Positions 50,083-63,692 are shown, counted from the first letter of the stretch. The stretch is DNA of 64,000 nt from Nemertoderma westbladi (GCA_032718475.1 JAUCBJ010002168.1:27322-91321), one strand, 5' to 3'. The notes: a model not told the origin generated them from the sequence alone. Numbers and translations: made by a program.

Positions 50083-50126
50083 AGCGCTACTGAAGAGCCC
50101 TGTTAAGCCGAAACACGTATAGCGCT
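50083..50126 (+). ncRNA. Minimal type-I hammerhead ribozyme (Penelope-like remnant), stem II damaged
   Basis: AGCGCTA-CTGAAGA-GCCCTGTTAAGCC-GAAA-CACG-TA-TAGCGCT; perfect 7-bp stem I and intact core boxes. Confidence 0.65.
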
Positions 50127-50562
50127 GGTTCAACCCCCGGTGACGCGCTTTCTCATTCTTTCCATTTCTGAACAACTTAATACTATGAATGAAGGGTCTA
50201 GCCAGGGCGCATTACTAATAGACTCCCGCTAGAGGGCTACATATTAATGTCTCCCCATTTATTTGTTTTTATTCCGTTTAAACTAAAACATACTAGACTA
50301 ATTAACTGTATCTTCGTATGTAACCTAATTAGTCTGCAGTTCTCGAGTGGGCCGCATGATTCTTTCTTCATTTGAGTTGACACACGACCTACTACAGTAT
50401 AAATATATAGTATCAATCAATACCGTAGTTGGTCATGGTTGACACTTAACATAAATTTATCTCACGTTCTGAGCGAATGCCTCACTTGTGTATTATAATG
50501 TAGAACTTGTGCGGCGGATAGGTAACAACATTTACCTCTGCTCGTTACCCGGAAAGGTAGAC

Positions 50563-51095
50563 CTACTACTACTACTAGGTCGAGCGAACTCGGACAGTGG
50601 AAATGAGATCCTTCCAGGCTTCCCGATTCTCCATAGTTGTCGCAATTTCGTTTCTCCCAAGTTCAGTATCCCTTTCAAGTTGATCTATATATGTTATGGC
50701 CGGTCGTCCACGACTACGCTTTCCATGAGTTGGTTGCCAGAAACGTAGATCTGGTATGGCCTCGCCTTTACTTCTCCAGTAGTGCCCACTGAATGGGTGG
50801 TATTGTACCATAAAGCTCGGCGTTTGTCATGTGTTGTCTCCAGCTGATGTTTAGGGCTGCCCTTAGTAGTCTTGTGTAGCAACCATCAATTCGTTGTTCA
50901 AGTGATTTAGTCAGTGTCCAGGTCTCACCCCCGTGTAAAAATACACTTTCCACTGTGGCTCGAAAGAACTTAGTCTTCAGGTGCCTGGAGAGATCTGATT
51001 TCCAGATGGTATCCATTTTTGATAAGAGCTACCCAAGCCTTTGCTTTCCTAACTTCTATGTCCTTTTTACTACTCTCTATCCATGATCCAAGGTT
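50563..51095 (-). mobile_element. RTE-type LINE 3' end with (TAG)n tail
   Basis: IWKSDLSR.LK.KFFRATVESV.L.G.ETWTLT...DGCYTRLLR, WQPTHGKRSRGRP; tail TAGTAGTAGTAG. Confidence 0.88.
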
Positions 51096-51855
51096 CTGGA
51101 AGTTAAGGTAGGTAGACCTATACCCGGTAATTACATTCTCATTTTCAAAATTGTCTGTACAGTACCGTAAGGTTCACGTCTACATAAAGGGGGTAGGTAC
51201 GCGATACGATTGTACCAGAAGTACAGCTATTATAGACTAGCAAGGGAAGTCCGACTGGATTTATATTCATCAAGCTGTGATTTATTTAAGTTAAATAAAA
51301 GGGACAATATATTTTGTTGCAGTGCATGACTAACCTGTTTTCAAAGGAATAAAAAACGAACGGCAAGCTACAGTATTATTTTATTAATTTGAAATATCGT
51401 TGATTTTTAACCTCCAATTTATTAAAAAAAAATTATTTAAGATTTTATTTTAACTTTTTTTTAAAGCCGATATACATCTATAGGCCTAGTCGGATATACA
51501 TCTATAGGCCTAGTCAAGACTTCTTAACCTCAAAAGTAAGGTGATGTGGAGGTTATGGACAAACTTCCCATAATTTGCACAGGTGAAGATAATTACCATA
51601 CCTTTCATTTTTTAAGGGGAACCAACTTTGCAACATGATTTATCGGTCCCATGTAACCATGACAACAGGAGGTCATTTACAAAAGTCCACTTTTCAATAA
51701 AGCTACAGTCTTCTTGACCTACCCCCATATATCAGCGTCAGAGATTCCTTTGACGTCATTTGTAAAACCCGGTTACCATGGCAACTGTTTCAAAAAGTCT
51801 CTAACGCCGATTTTCAGTAAATATCAGAAAAATATAAAACCATTGATTAATAATT

Positions 51856-52080
51856 GCGGGGCAGCTCAGTTGGTTGAGCGCCGGGCCTGCAATCTAATGG
51901 TTGTAGGTTCAGCCCCGCCAGGGTCCACTCAGCCTTTCATCCACTGGGGTCGATAAAATGAGTACCAGTTAAATAACTGGGAGCAAATCTTGGGATAGGA
52001 GTAGCGCCCACCCCTACCCTCGGGTAGCAGCTATCGAAAGAGGAGCCTTTGGGTCGCCTCCGGCTTCGGCCGACTGTTTG
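51856..52080 (+). mobile_element. tRNA-derived SINE with conserved central domain and structured 3' part
   Basis: A-box AGCTCAGTTGG, degenerate B-box GGTTCAGCCC, then ACTCAGCCTTTCATCC..GGGGTCGATAAAATGAGTACC, resembling central domains of widespread metazoan SINE superfamilies. Confidence 0.75.
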
Positions 52081-54959
52081 CTTGTTGCTTGCATGATTAA
52101 TAATTGGTCCCCATTTGGAAAAAATCATCTAACATTATAAATATATTATCCCTGAGACCGTCTTGATTTCTAGTAGTGGACCAATTTAAATGGACCTGTG
52201 GTAGTCCTGTAACCATGGTCACAAGTCATATATATATTCTGCCAAATTTAATATAGTTCCGAACTTCTATTAAAAGGTAATGTGATAATAAATGTTATAA
52301 TGACACAATAAGCGTAAACCATGTAGGTTAAACCCCGTATCTCATTGTATCTCATGCGAGTTACATTGTTTTGGCTTAAGAACAGCTGTGGAAATTTATA
52401 TAATTTACATGATGTAATAAATAAGTAAACTGGTTAAAATTTGTAAGGTACCTCTAAAATCAAAACAAAAAACATTTTTTAAATATCTAGCTTAAGTTTG
52501 GAGCTCTAAGACTTTCTAGGTATTTAAATAATACTATCCGACTAACCCTTAATGTTGAAAATGTTCACACAGAGATTCACATGTTTTCTTACAGATCCGT
52601 TAACTTTAGATTAATTTATTTTTCTCAAAACTCGATTTTTTGAGTTACATTAGGAGGGCAGAACTGACGAAACATGCACTAAAAGATTTTTATAAAATAA
52701 ATTTAACTTTACTAAAATTTTTATAAAATGATCTTATTTTGCGGATTTGTTACCTATAGGCTAATTATAGGCGCTGATTCCGAAAATGGCAAAATATTTC
52801 GAAATTTCCGAAAAATGAGATATACTTTACCATTATAATGGCGATTACATTTTAGTGCACTGTATTAATGTAATATATGAAACCTGGAGGGCAGGAGTGT
52901 TAATGCTTTAGGGTGATAGTAGGGGGAAGCATAGAAGTATGTATTTGAACTAAGAATCATTCCTCAGTTAACTAATCTTTGAGTTTATGCATTCTAACAA
53001 AAAAAAAATTTAGTTTTTTAGAAGATAAGAAGATCAGTAAGTACAGTAATTGATACATTTTCAGAAATGGAAATAATTTCTAAACTTTTGACAGACTACA
53101 TTGTGTAACAAGTTTGGTTATATTTCATCAATGATTGGCGGACTTATTTCGGTTTTTATCAAAATTCTGAAACTATCGGTACCACCAGACAGACTATCTG
53201 ATATGTGACCTTTGATTCCTTAAACCTCAGATTCTTTCTAAACTTTTGACAGATTGCATACGTACCAGGTTTGGTTTAATTTCATCAATAAATAACTGAG
53301 TTATTAGTGCTAGCAATGGCCTATACTTTACCACACAAAACACATTGTAAAAAATTAGCAATGCAGCAATTCGTCTGATATTTATATTTTTATTTAAGCT
53401 AAATAATACAGCTTTATCCTAAACACCGTACCTGCGCACAATTCGCTAAATTTTAGAATTGAAATCATAAAATAAAAAAAACTATTTCGTACGAATCCGT
53501 ACTTTACCTTAATTAGACAACCTAGTGTTTTCTCAAAAGCTGCCATAATCTTAGCGAAATCAACGCTGATGTTTGAAAGTTCAATCCAAGCACAATTTTG
53601 TGCACTGACAGGCAATCAAAGTTCAAAATTATGTAGGCCTACGAATGTCCTGTACTTTACTTTGGAATGAGCAACAAAATAACAAATTTTCAAATTTTGG
53701 GTTTCTGAATTTATAAGAATCGACAGAAAAATATTATGGAAATATGTTTCACTGTTTAGAAGTAACAAACCGTCGGACTGTGGGATTAAATGGGTCTATG
53801 TTGAATATTTGGCAAAATTGGATATATATTGTGTGATTTGAAGCAGGTTAAATGGGTAGTTCAAAAAAGCTGAATAAATTTGCAAAAATTTGATACAGTA
53901 CAACTGTAACACTAACTTCAATTTTGTTGCAAGCTTTTATACGCGATGCATAATGTTGTTATCTCTATGTTATAGTCATTTACCTCAATAAGCTTAGAAA
54001 CATAATTATTCGACCCTACGCGACATCCGGCCGCCTCCAAAATTAATATTTGCTGGGCCTAACGCGCTACAGTAGCTTTAAATTCCCGTCAGTTTGTTTG
54101 TATCATGATAGACGATGAACGATGAACGTCTTGCTCTTGAACGCGAAGGGAGAATAGCACAAAATTAACATTAGGCCTAAGACGAACAATATCCCACATT
54201 AATTTAGTGCTGTATGTTGCAAATCTTAGTTTTTTATACTATATATGAGTATTTACATATACAGAAGCTTCTGCAAATAAACCTTGTGTAACTTAACTAC
54301 TGATGCCAATTTATCTGCGTCAGGTTCTACATGTATAACCGTATATCACATTCTGGGACAGGTGATAATCTATGTATAATAGCGATTGGAGGTTAAACAT
54401 TAGTCCTATTTAAAATAATTAATGGGTATTATAATTAACAGTTAAAAGTATTAAAATTATATGCATATAATCTTCTACATATTACATTGTGTAGACTAAA
54501 CTTTATATTTGACTTATTTAAGGGAGTAAAGTGAATCTTTGGGCCAAAACGTCCGACAAGCAAATCTTCTATTTAACTCATTGGGCCGAAACGTCCTAGG
54601 CCAAAACGACTTAGACCGAAACGTCTGTTACCCCTTTAAATTGTACAGTATATAGCCATTATCTCATCTCTGCCTTTCATCTTAAATGGTAGCTAAATGG
54701 GTACCAGTTTCCAGGTTCCAGTATAGTTTGTACAGAGGATATTCTTGGAATTCTTAAGTTAGGCGGGACGCGTGGCAGCAATGGGAAGTGTATATTGTAT
54801 AACTACTGTCTTGCATATGGCAGCCAAAGTGAAATCTATTTAAGATTATAAAAATGAAGAACACCACATTGACAGGGTAGATAAGGACGAGGTACAGTAG
54901 ATTTAAACCCAGGAAGTCGCTCAATAGTTGATCGTACAGTATTCCGTGTGCACTTCCCG

Positions 54960-55230
54960 GTAAAAAGTAAAGTAAATTTTCTTCGGCCGCCAGGCCAGGG
55001 ATTACGCAGAAAGTCTCACGACTTTTTTCCAGTGCGATCCCCCTAGACTCCCCAGAGGAAACTCCAGTACTCATTTAGCTACCACTTAAGGATTCAAGGC
55101 AGATAGATGTGCCATGGCTGGTCCCTTTAAAGCATTCGTGCCGAAACGAAAACTGCCCTGGCCCATGTGAGGATCGAACCCACGACCTACGGTAGATGTG
55201 AATTCAATGCAACCACTACACCAAGGTGGA
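54960..55230 (-). mobile_element. tRNA-derived SINE
   Basis: TGGTGTAGTGG A-box and GGTTCGATCC B-box; body GGTAGCTAAATGAGTAC has a related copy on + at ~54655-54715. Confidence 0.7.
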
Positions 55231-56496
55231 ACCTTGGTTGAACCGGTGATCGATGTCGAAACTCAGATATCGTCATTCCCATGGGAATGGGTCGTTAGCA
55301 AGTCGTTAGACTTGATTATTGTAAGAAAATTGATGGCAGAAAAAACTAATGTTGACTACTGGCTACTGACCTAGAGCAAAAACGACTAGATTTTGATGAA
55401 ATTTTGCATGAACCATGAAAATAGATTTCTAAGGGTACTTGTGAAATCGCGGTTTAAATTGAAACATCTCAACTTGTTTTATTTCGCAAAATAGCTTACA
55501 AATAAGGCTGAATGTTTACTCAGCCTCATAATGATTCTCCATAAGGCTAACATTATAGTTTGAAATATAAAAATCTGTTATACTAATAATATAGTTGTTG
55601 TATTTAATTAATATCGTGGTTTACATTGAACATTGTAAATTGTTAATCGCGGTTTACATTGAAACATCTCAACTTGTTTTATTTACAAAAATAAGAACGA
55701 ATTTGTCTTATCACTTCTTGGGCGCGATTGTATTGAATCCATGACAACTGCTGTTATTATTATCACCTCGACACCTAATTGACACCTCGACTCCTCTCTG
55801 AGACTCCGACTGCTCTATCCGATAGAATAAAATAATCATTTCGCTAACTGCTCTCTATCTTCGATAATCACAACAGCTTTTATAATTTATTAGATGATTA
55901 CAACATAATAATTATAGTTTGAAGTTGTCTAGAAAATTTCTCGTACACCACCGGGACTACCCTCACACTAATTTATTATCAGACAGAACAAAAAGCTTTT
56001 TCTTGACTCGTATTGTCTCGTATTGACTCGTATGAATACGATATAGTACGAGAGAATAATTATAGTGATAATCTGATCTAATTAATTGGCGCACCTTTGA
56101 CACACGTTCCTCTCGCCTTACGGTGGAATAAAACCTCTATTTCAATTTCTGAGAACTTCAGTGCGTGTTACATGGACATCATGCTGGGTAATTGTGTATT
56201 CGAATGCTAAGTTGCGACACATAATCAATATGTATGGGCCATTATGCCCTGTTTCCTTAGGTATTCCCTGTTTATCCAGTGATAAAATATAGTCAATGAT
56301 ATTTCAAATACTGAAACAGTTAAATTATTATTATTTAATCTTCTAGAGTGTGATAGAAGAACTAAGGCCATGGACCCTCCAACAATCAAAACAAAATGAA
56401 CATGTAGAACACCTACAATCATTGTTTCGTCAGCACCGGTATAATAATCCTAACTATTAAATACCGGTAAACAACAATAGGTTATCGCCAGGGCAA

Positions 56497-58626
56497 CTAC
56501 TCGTCTCTCGAACTTAGAACGGTAACGTCCTCGCGGACTAAAAATTCCAGAATTTCTTCTTCGTAGTTATCCTCATCGTCATCTAAGTCGAGGTCGTCGT
56601 CGCAATCGACACCGTCTCGGAGTTCCTTCCGCTCGGGTTGCTGCTGACGCCAGTTGTCCTTCATCTGTTGCCGCCACTGCTTGTAGCGATCTGTCAGAGC
56701 TTCGCGTTTCATAAGAAGCTCCTTGGAAGCCTTCGTGTGGCTGAGCCGATCCTTAATCTCGAAATCCTTCTGGTACTTCTTGATGTTCTTCCTCACCTGT
56801 TTCACGTCGGCCTCGTCCAACACGGTAGCGGGACGCGGTCGCCACAGCAGCTGAAGGAACTCATTCACAGGATTCCGCTGAATCAACTTCCCTTGGAAAC
56901 TCCACAACCAGTAGGCGTTGTCCACCTTGTGGTGCAGGTAGGAGACGGAGGACACGACATAGCGACCGGTGGGATCCCAATCAACGTCAGTCGCCATGAA
57001 GTGCTCCACCGTGTTCGCGGTCGTCATATCGGAGGTGTCGATAAACTCGAGAGTCCCTCCGACAGCGGAACTCCGGATATCCGCGACCACGAGGAACTTC
57101 CCCTGCGGACACCACGACAGGTAGTTCATCGAGCGTTTCTCCAACGTCTTCAGCAACACAACTTTGTCGCTTTTCATCTCGTATAGACTCACACTGGTCC
57201 TCGGCGATTCACCGTGAATGATCGCGAGTTTGTGACCTTGCGGTTCCCATCCAACCGATATAACGTCCTCCTTTAGCTCAACCGTGTCCACCGGAATCCC
57301 TTTTCCCGCCATCCGAAACAACTCCAAGTTGTATGAAGTGGTTTTCTTCGTCTTGGACGAGGTGTAACGATCTACTTTCACGCAGAAGTAGAGCCCTTGC
57401 GGGTGCCAACTCATCGTGCAGTTGATAACGTTGAATAAATTCTTGGATCTCAGCTCTTCCCGACTCGGGAAACCAAAGAGCGTTACTTTAGCGGGAGTGT
57501 CTTGGTTCTCCGGGGCCCAACAAGCCAGGATGTTGTCGCCCGGAGACCAGCCCATCTCCTTCACGTCGGATACCTTTATAGACTTCCGTCCGTGCAGCCC
57601 GAACGACGGAGTCTCGTAGACGCTGATCGCGTCAGGTGAGATTCGCGCAAAGAACTTCCCGTCAAAACTCCACTTAAACACGGGCCACGCGGTGGTCAGG
57701 CTGTCGCAATGGAAACTCCGTTTCTTCACGCCACTCTTAATGTGCCAAATGATAAGGGCGGTTGGCTCGTCAGAGGGAAGGACAGCATGTAACTCCGGGC
57801 TGAAGGTAACCAAGTAGGTTTCGCACGGAGAGAAATCCAACATCTGAACGTTGGCGTGTCCGAAACGATACAACCGACGGAAATCCTTCCCGCCCCACAG
57901 AATGATGCCTTTATTGTGATGGAAAGTCGCCAAGTAAGTACCACGCGGACTCCAGACGACCGGCGCGTCGGACCATCTCTGTTTCTCGTGGACCAACTCG
58001 GCCTGGTTGACGGTGTTGCGGTATATGGCGGTGCGACACCCGCGATCGTACGTTATAACGTACTCGTCGAAACAATTATCATCCAGCAACCAGTTCTGTA
58101 GATCGGGTTGTTCATGGTACGGGAGGGGTTCCGGGACTTCCCAATCCTGCGAGAGGTTGGCGAACTTCTCGAAGTCGCTGAACAGATTGACTGCAAGAGT
58201 GTGAGACTTGTCAAGTTTGTGCCCATTGAGGTTAAGGGCCTCTTTGGCGCTCTGTGGTTTCGAGTAGCACAGGAATATAAATCCTTTGGTGGTGCCCTTC
58301 TCGTCTACAGGATAGTGCTCGTGAGTGATGCTGCCAAACTTACCGAAATGTTTGTGGAGAACGCTCTTGAGTTTATCGAAACGATCGGGATTTACTTGGG
58401 GCGCATTATCCACGACAATAACGCAGTCATTGACGTCAGATACGCTGGGTCTCTGACGCAGAATATCGAACAATAATTCCTCATCGGTTATGGAATCAAC
58501 GTAATTATCGGGATCGCTGAAATCGGGAAGCTCTTCATCCTCAATCCCATTCTGCACAGAAACCAAAGCTTCTTCAGATTCGCTCCCGCGTGTTGATCGT
58601 CTCTCCCTCATTTTACTAGTTGACAT
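56497..58626 (-). CDS. EIF3B: Eukaryotic translation initiation factor 3 subunit B, single coding exon
   Basis: PDFSDP..YVD.I.DEELL, RRM (VIVVDN.P, TKGFIF, GHKLDKSH), beta-propeller WSP.GTYLATFH, FSPCE.YL, EHFMATDVDWDPTGRY; first ATG at 58626, alternative at 58611. Confidence 0.97.
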   Translation of the reverse strand: MSTSKMRERRSTRGSESEEALVSVQNGIEDEELPDFSDPDNYVDSITDEELLFDILRQRPSVSDVNDCVIVVDNAPQVNPDRFDKLKSVLHKHFGKFGSITHEHYPVDEKGTTKGFIFLCYSKPQSAKEALNLNGHKLDKSHTLAVNLFSDFEKFANLSQDWEVPEPLPYHEQPDLQNWLLDDNCFDEYVITYDRGCRTAIYRNTVNQAELVHEKQRWSDAPVVWSPRGTYLATFHHNKGIILWGGKDFRRLYRFGHANVQMLDFSPCETYLVTFSPELHAVLPSDEPTALIIWHIKSGVKKRSFHCDSLTTAWPVFKWSFDGKFFARISPDAISVYETPSFGLHGRKSIKVSDVKEMGWSPGDNILACWAPENQDTPAKVTLFGFPSREELRSKNLFNVINCTMSWHPQGLYFCVKVDRYTSSKTKKTTSYNLELFRMAGKGIPVDTVELKEDVISVGWEPQGHKLAIIHGESPRTSVSLYEMKSDKVVLLKTLEKRSMNYLSWCPQGKFLVVADIRSSAVGGTLEFIDTSDMTTANTVEHFMATDVDWDPTGRYVVSSVSYLHHKVDNAYWLWSFQGKLIQRNPVNEFLQLLWRPRPATVLDEADVKQVRKNIKKYQKDFEIKDRLSHTKASKELLMKREALTDRYKQWRQQMKDNWRQQQPERKELRDGVDCDDDLDLDDDEDNYEEEILEFLVREDVTVLSSRDE

Positions 58627-59353
58627 ACCGGTAACGATCAGACTGCAACACAGGAAAACAATCAAAAGGCCTACAATAAATCACGTTATTTAACTAACCT
58701 ACCGGTAACCTGCAGAGCTGTACGGCTGTAAGTGTAACCTGCCTGTCTGCTAGTAACTGATTAAGGCATAAGGGGACCAATTCGGAAGTGAAATTTTCGA
58801 AAATTTACAAAATTAAAAATTGTACTTTTACCGGCAGGCGGCAGACCTGTACTCCAGTACTCTGTTTTTGTAGTTTGATAGAAGGACTTTCTGGCTTTCA
58901 TGTCTGCATGTGATGACATTGAATGATTGTTTGACCACAAAACAGCACTTTTCAACAACATAACTTATGGCTGATAATCATGACTCTCTGTCTGTCTGTA
59001 CTGCTGTACGGTAGGAGGCCTAGACCAGTCTTAGACTACGCGCTGATGGGCCTATAACAGTATAAAACAACCTTTTTCTCAGTTTTTCGATTTTTAATTT
59101 TTTCATCCTAAATTCCATACTATAGGCCTAGTCAGCCAGTATAACGGTACCGTACAGGTACCTACTTTTTTAAAGTGTTTAGGCCTACTACCGGTACTGC
59201 AGTACTGTCATGGCTGCATGGCATGGTCATCAAACATATCACATATCTCAGTACTGCAGTAGGCCTACAGCAGTACCTATCTGCATATAACAAAATATTC
59301 AGAAGCTTTCCGGCTTTAGGGCTACAATCCAGCAATCTGACAATCGCAAATCA

Positions 59354-59640
59354 TAAGATAAGATAAGATATTTTATTAGAGGAGACACCTCGGCTAGTGC
59401 AGCACACATAAAAATGATAAACAACACAATTATATCATTAAAATTACGACACGAAGTGACTTATGCACCAGCTAAACTATGAACTAAGATTAAGTAAAAT
59501 TATACACTTCCATAAAACATAGTTAAAATCAATATTAAACGTTACAGATTTCGATCAAATTTTATATATTTTTTAAAATCCACAGTAAGTAATTTCGACT
59601 TAAAAACGTTAAGAGACGGACTATTCCGTCTCTTAGTAAG
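59354..59640 (-). mobile_element. CR1/L2-like LINE extreme 3' end with (TCTTA)n tail
   Basis: Minus strand RNSPSLNVFKSKL, a 3' UTR, then AATAAA and TCTTA repeats. Confidence 0.55.
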
Positions 59641-61019
59641 TATGGAGTATGCCTGCCTATTGCTATTGGTTTTGTAGAACGCAGCCATTTGCAAATAATA
59701 TAGCTTATCTTCCCCTATATTCTGCCATTTTGCGAAAGTCTAGGCAGCTAGAGGACCGAGAACTTCAGCCCACTTACTGATCCTTAAACAGTTAAACATG
59801 AGATATTTTACATATAAAACAGTAAAAGCCTCAAAATTTACACAATTTTGAAAAAAAAACGATACATGCACAATGAAAAAGTGGCACACAAGTGGCGCAC
59901 AGACTGACAAACGGGTTTACGACAGTACGAATAAGCTATCAAAAGATAGCTCAATCAATAGATTAATAGTTTTAGAGTATCAGATCAGAGATCACAGATC
60001 ATTTGTGTTAATGTTTTAACCCGGATTGATATTATTTTAACCCGGGTTGAAATTCAAGAAAAAAATTTTGATCAAAATAAAAATTAACAAAGTGGTGAAT
60101 TATTTTTGCCACTTTCACCACCGTACACACAATATATACAGTATTATTTTATGAATATTTTTAATTTTTAAATAACCTCCACTGACATTTCAATACCCAG
60201 CAATGCAGCAAAGTCATAGCCTGATAAGTTGCTGATAAATTGCTATCTACTGTAGATCTACTATGTATTTACTAATTATTTTTGTTTGAAAAATCCGCTT
60301 TTTCTTGCTAATATTTTAATTTTTGAAATTTAATTATCAGACAAAAAGACCTACGTACTACTTAGTCCTATATTAATTTTTATCCTACTCTCTCATATAA
60401 TTATTACAACGAATTATCAATAGTTTTTCATCACATAGCGAGGGCCCCCCGTGGAATCGAAACTTAGCCTCATGGGGTTATCTTCGATGGCAAATCATGT
60501 TCTGATATTATTCAATGTTTTAGAGTCACCGTCATCTCCATCACCGACAAGACAGTCCAGGTCTATCTATGTCTTGTCTACAGTATGTTATTTTTCAGTT
60601 CAGTAACTGAGTAACATATGAACATATAATATTATAAACATACAGTACAGACATTTCTAACCTACAGTATTTTAAATTGGACCATTTTATTTTCAGTAAA
60701 GTTTTTTTTTTAAATATACAGTACATAGTGAAGACATTTCTAAGTCAGTAATTACTATTATACTTACGCATCTTAATAGTGCTAATGAACTATTAATGGA
60801 ATCTCTCTCTCACACTACAGTATCCGATTGAAGGTCTTTTCATTGGCTTTTTGGTACTGTACTTTTGTTGTTCTGTTTAAAACTGTTTTATTATGTTACC
60901 GCTATTGTTCATATTTTATTGTATAATATTTAGAGTTAAGGGTACTATAATACTACAGTACCGCCATTACACCTACTGCAGAATATTTTTAAAATTGGTT
61001 CCCTTTGTTGTAGAAGTTG

Positions 61020-61700
<681 letters not shown>

Positions 61701-62299
61701 ATCGAACTTGTTTCGAACTTGCTCAAGTTCGAGTGCTGCGCGACGCCCCACGAACGTGTTCATTCAATGTGCACTCAACTTATATGCCAGTCCGTTCGTT
61801 CGTCTGACTCAATGATTGGTCGACACTATTTCAGCAACAGCGAAGTAAATTTTTTGAAATTTGGTGAATTTTTTTCCTACGCAGAGAGGAATAAACAGCC
61901 ATTTATAGTAATCATATCATTTTTTAATATTTTCCAATGTATTTTGCACCCCAGAAAACCTGTATTGAAAAATAATTAGCCGAAAATGTAACTTTCAAAT
62001 TTGGTGAAAATTGTGCACTACTTGTAATTTTGGTGCTGCAATATAACCACCCCAATACATTTTTTCGAAAATTTTTTTTTTCGGTCGGAACCAGACAAGT
62101 GATACCTACGTACAAACCAAAAATCAGACGTTTTCGTAAATATTTGTAGATTTTAGAGGGGGGGGGGGGGGTCAATATGACCCTCCCCCCCGGTATTTGT
62201 ACAACATTTTATAGCCCGGTACTAATAGGGTTAAATCAATTTATTAAGCTTTACAAAAATTTAAAACATTACTGTTGACTGTGTTGAGGAAAGCAGTGA

Positions 62300-63692
62300 A
62301 TGGGGAACAATGACGCGGCATGACTGGTCCTCTCTGTTGCAACAGCCAAGTGTGAGATCCAGCTTCACACTACAGCTGAGCAACAGGTATGAGGTTCTTG
62401 CCAGGTCACTGCGAGGGCTATACTGCCTTCACAGAAGCAGTTAAATTAGCAGCTGCAGAAACAGTTCCTGTATACCCTCGAAACAGGAAAAGGGCCCCCT
62501 GGACTGACAACAAAATTCAGAAGTGCCGAAATGACCTCTATAAGGCGCAGAAAGAGTCTCGACTCAAACAGACTACAGCTGCCAAGAATGCAGTTAAGGC
62601 TGCATGTAGGTCCCTGAACAGGCAGTACTCTGTTACTCTACAGGAGCTAATAAACCAACAGGTTGATGCCATCAATGATGCTGACGACAGCAGGCAATCA
62701 TCCCAGGCATGGAAATCGATCAACTTGATTACTGGGAGGTAAAGCCAACCAACCACCAAGGTTAAGGCTGAATCACCAGCCGATCGCCTCAATGGTTGGA
62801 AGGCCCACTTTGAAAAGCTCCTCAATAATGACAGGGTATTGCCTGATAACTTTATAGAAGTAAAAGTGTCTGAGTCTGTACTCCCAGATATTCCCATTGG
62901 CGATATCTCCTTTACAGAAGTGAAGGCTGCTGCAAAGAGTATTAAGACCAATCGTGCCAGTGGAGTAGATGGTGTTCCCCCTGAGGTCTTTAAAATACCT
63001 GAGTGTTTAAAGCTCATCTATCCCATCATAGTAGACATGTACCGAACAACAAGAGTCCCACAAGAAATGAAAACAAATAAGTTCCCAAGAAGGGAACACT
63101 CTATGGTTCTTTTCGGGAATCTCATTGATCTCGATTGCTGCAAAGCTATACATTAGAATTCTATTAAATCGCATCGGGGATCCCATTGATAGACTGCTCC
63201 GTGGAAATCAGAATGGGTTCCGTAAAGGTCGTGGGACCATGGAGTCCATTTTGGCACTTAGAAGGATAATTGAAGAGTTATCAAAAAAGAAAGACAGGCA
63301 TCTGGCTGTTATCTTTGTTGACTTCTTCAAGGCCTTTGATTCAGTCTCTCGCTCACATATGTTCAGCATACTTTCATTATATGGGATTCCTGATGAAATT
63401 ATTACAGCAATCTATGCGATATAATGCAGTATACGATGGTTCAACAACATTTGTGTCTACTGTTGATGGTGACACAGAACCATTTGAAGTGTTATGGGGC
63501 GTCCTCCAGGGAGACACAATTGCACTATTTTTGTTCATAATTGTGGTTGACTATGTTCTACGCATGTCCTTAGATCTTCATAATGATGATGGGGTGATGA
63601 TAACTCCACCTACTAGCTCCAGAAGTCGAGGAAATCATGCCTCGTGTCTTGTGTCTCATTGGTTCCCCCAAGCTTGACACTAGAACAAAGTC
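62300..63692 (+). mobile_element. RTE-type LINE family B copy (linker and RT), with stops, frameshifts and an internal deletion
   Basis: ASGVDGVPPEVFK, QNGFRKGR, FVDFFKAFDSV, GVLQGD; near-identical to 29088-29280; jumps to 3' sequence at ~63642. Confidence 0.9.

Noticed and set aside
51856-51925. tRNA gene (also 45030-45105, 49876-49950, 55160-55230)
   Set aside because: No complete cloverleaf or acceptor stem; each runs into SINE-like or unrelated sequence.
56638-58476. Plus-strand ORFs overlapping eIF3b, and similar antisense ORFs over FAM13, the PAM-like gene and the CRE element
   Set aside because: Antisense shadows of GC-rich coding sequence with no recognisable motifs.
58627-58665. 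N-terminal MIVFLCCSLIVTG extension of eIF3b
   Set aside because: It begins at a TTG and spans a splice-acceptor pyrimidine tract.
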